The position numbers and the translations under genes were made by a program. From Acidaminobacter sp. JC074 (GTDB lineage Bacteria > Bacillota > Clostridia > Peptostreptococcales > Acidaminobacteraceae): DNA of 24,000 nt. Positions 23,824-24,000 of this stretch are shown piece after piece. The notes under the pieces were generated by a model that did not search any database, was not told the origin of the DNA, and worked only from the letters and a program-made list of their open reading frames with translations. Numbering within the stretch: the stretch's first letter is position 1; each line of letters opens with the position of its first letter. Location: positions 1-24,000 of the forward strand of contig NZ_VANV01000003.1 in the NCBI RefSeq assembly GCF_022496765.1. Direction: 5' to 3'.

Positions 23824-24000
23824 ACAGTCACCTCCTTAGTCTATTTTTACCCAATTTTGAGGATTTTAATCGTGATGACATTTGCCTTATACTTTTGTAT
23901 CAAACCAGGTGTAGGATAACTGTAATGTATAAGTTGTTTTTAAGTGAATATACCTGCTTGTAAAATGGTAAGATGAAATAAAGATAGGAGGAAGCTATGT

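Noticed and set aside
23986-24000. GGAGG followed by ATG (23997-23999) at the extreme right edge
   Set aside because: This is probably the start of the next gene, but only four coding bases are visible, so no call is possible.
1-24000. CRISPR arrays, rRNA or tRNA genes, and large repeats
   Set aside because: No regularly spaced direct repeats, no tRNA cloverleaf-like or rRNA-like segments, and no long duplicated blocks were noticed. Only the short promoter-proximal repeats reported above were seen.

Overview
Low-GC (about 35-38% by eye) chromosomal segment. It looks like an anaerobic Firmicute/Clostridia: GGAGG-type ribosome-binding sites, a T-box leader, iorAB and short convergent or divergent operons with hairpin terminators. 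Most of it is ordinary core metabolism and housekeeping: glnA, a YitT-family protein, an RluA-family pseudouridine synthase, an ABC exporter pair, thpR, a T-box-controlled argG-argH operon with a racemase-like gene, a dCache chemoreceptor, a PNPOx-like protein, a tcdA / split chrA / M48 protease operon, an ArsR-like regulator, a HAD phosphatase with glycerol-1-phosphate dehydrogenase, and iorAB. The stand-out locus is an hgcA-hgcB (mercury methylation corrinoid protein plus ferredoxin) pair at about 6.66-8.05 kb with its own near-consensus promoter. It carries three reading-frame anomalies. (1) An in-frame TGA directly after a Cys codon lies in a well-initiated N-terminal extension of hgcA and is followed by a small hairpin; this could be selenocysteine, a nonsense mutation or a uORF. 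(2) A 1-nt shortfall in a T4 run cuts off a terminal hydrophobic helix and the ATGA coupling to hgcB. (3) A 1-nt deletion inside the last Cys codon of the second [4Fe-4S] motif of hgcB. No comparable lesions were seen in the other ~20 genes, so recent decay of the locus and recoding are the competing explanations. The window also opens inside the 3' end of a TnpB-like gene followed by structured hairpins (possible omega-RNA or right end). It contains an unlisted 53-aa ORF upstream of a small membrane protein. No CRISPR array, rRNA or tRNA gene was seen.
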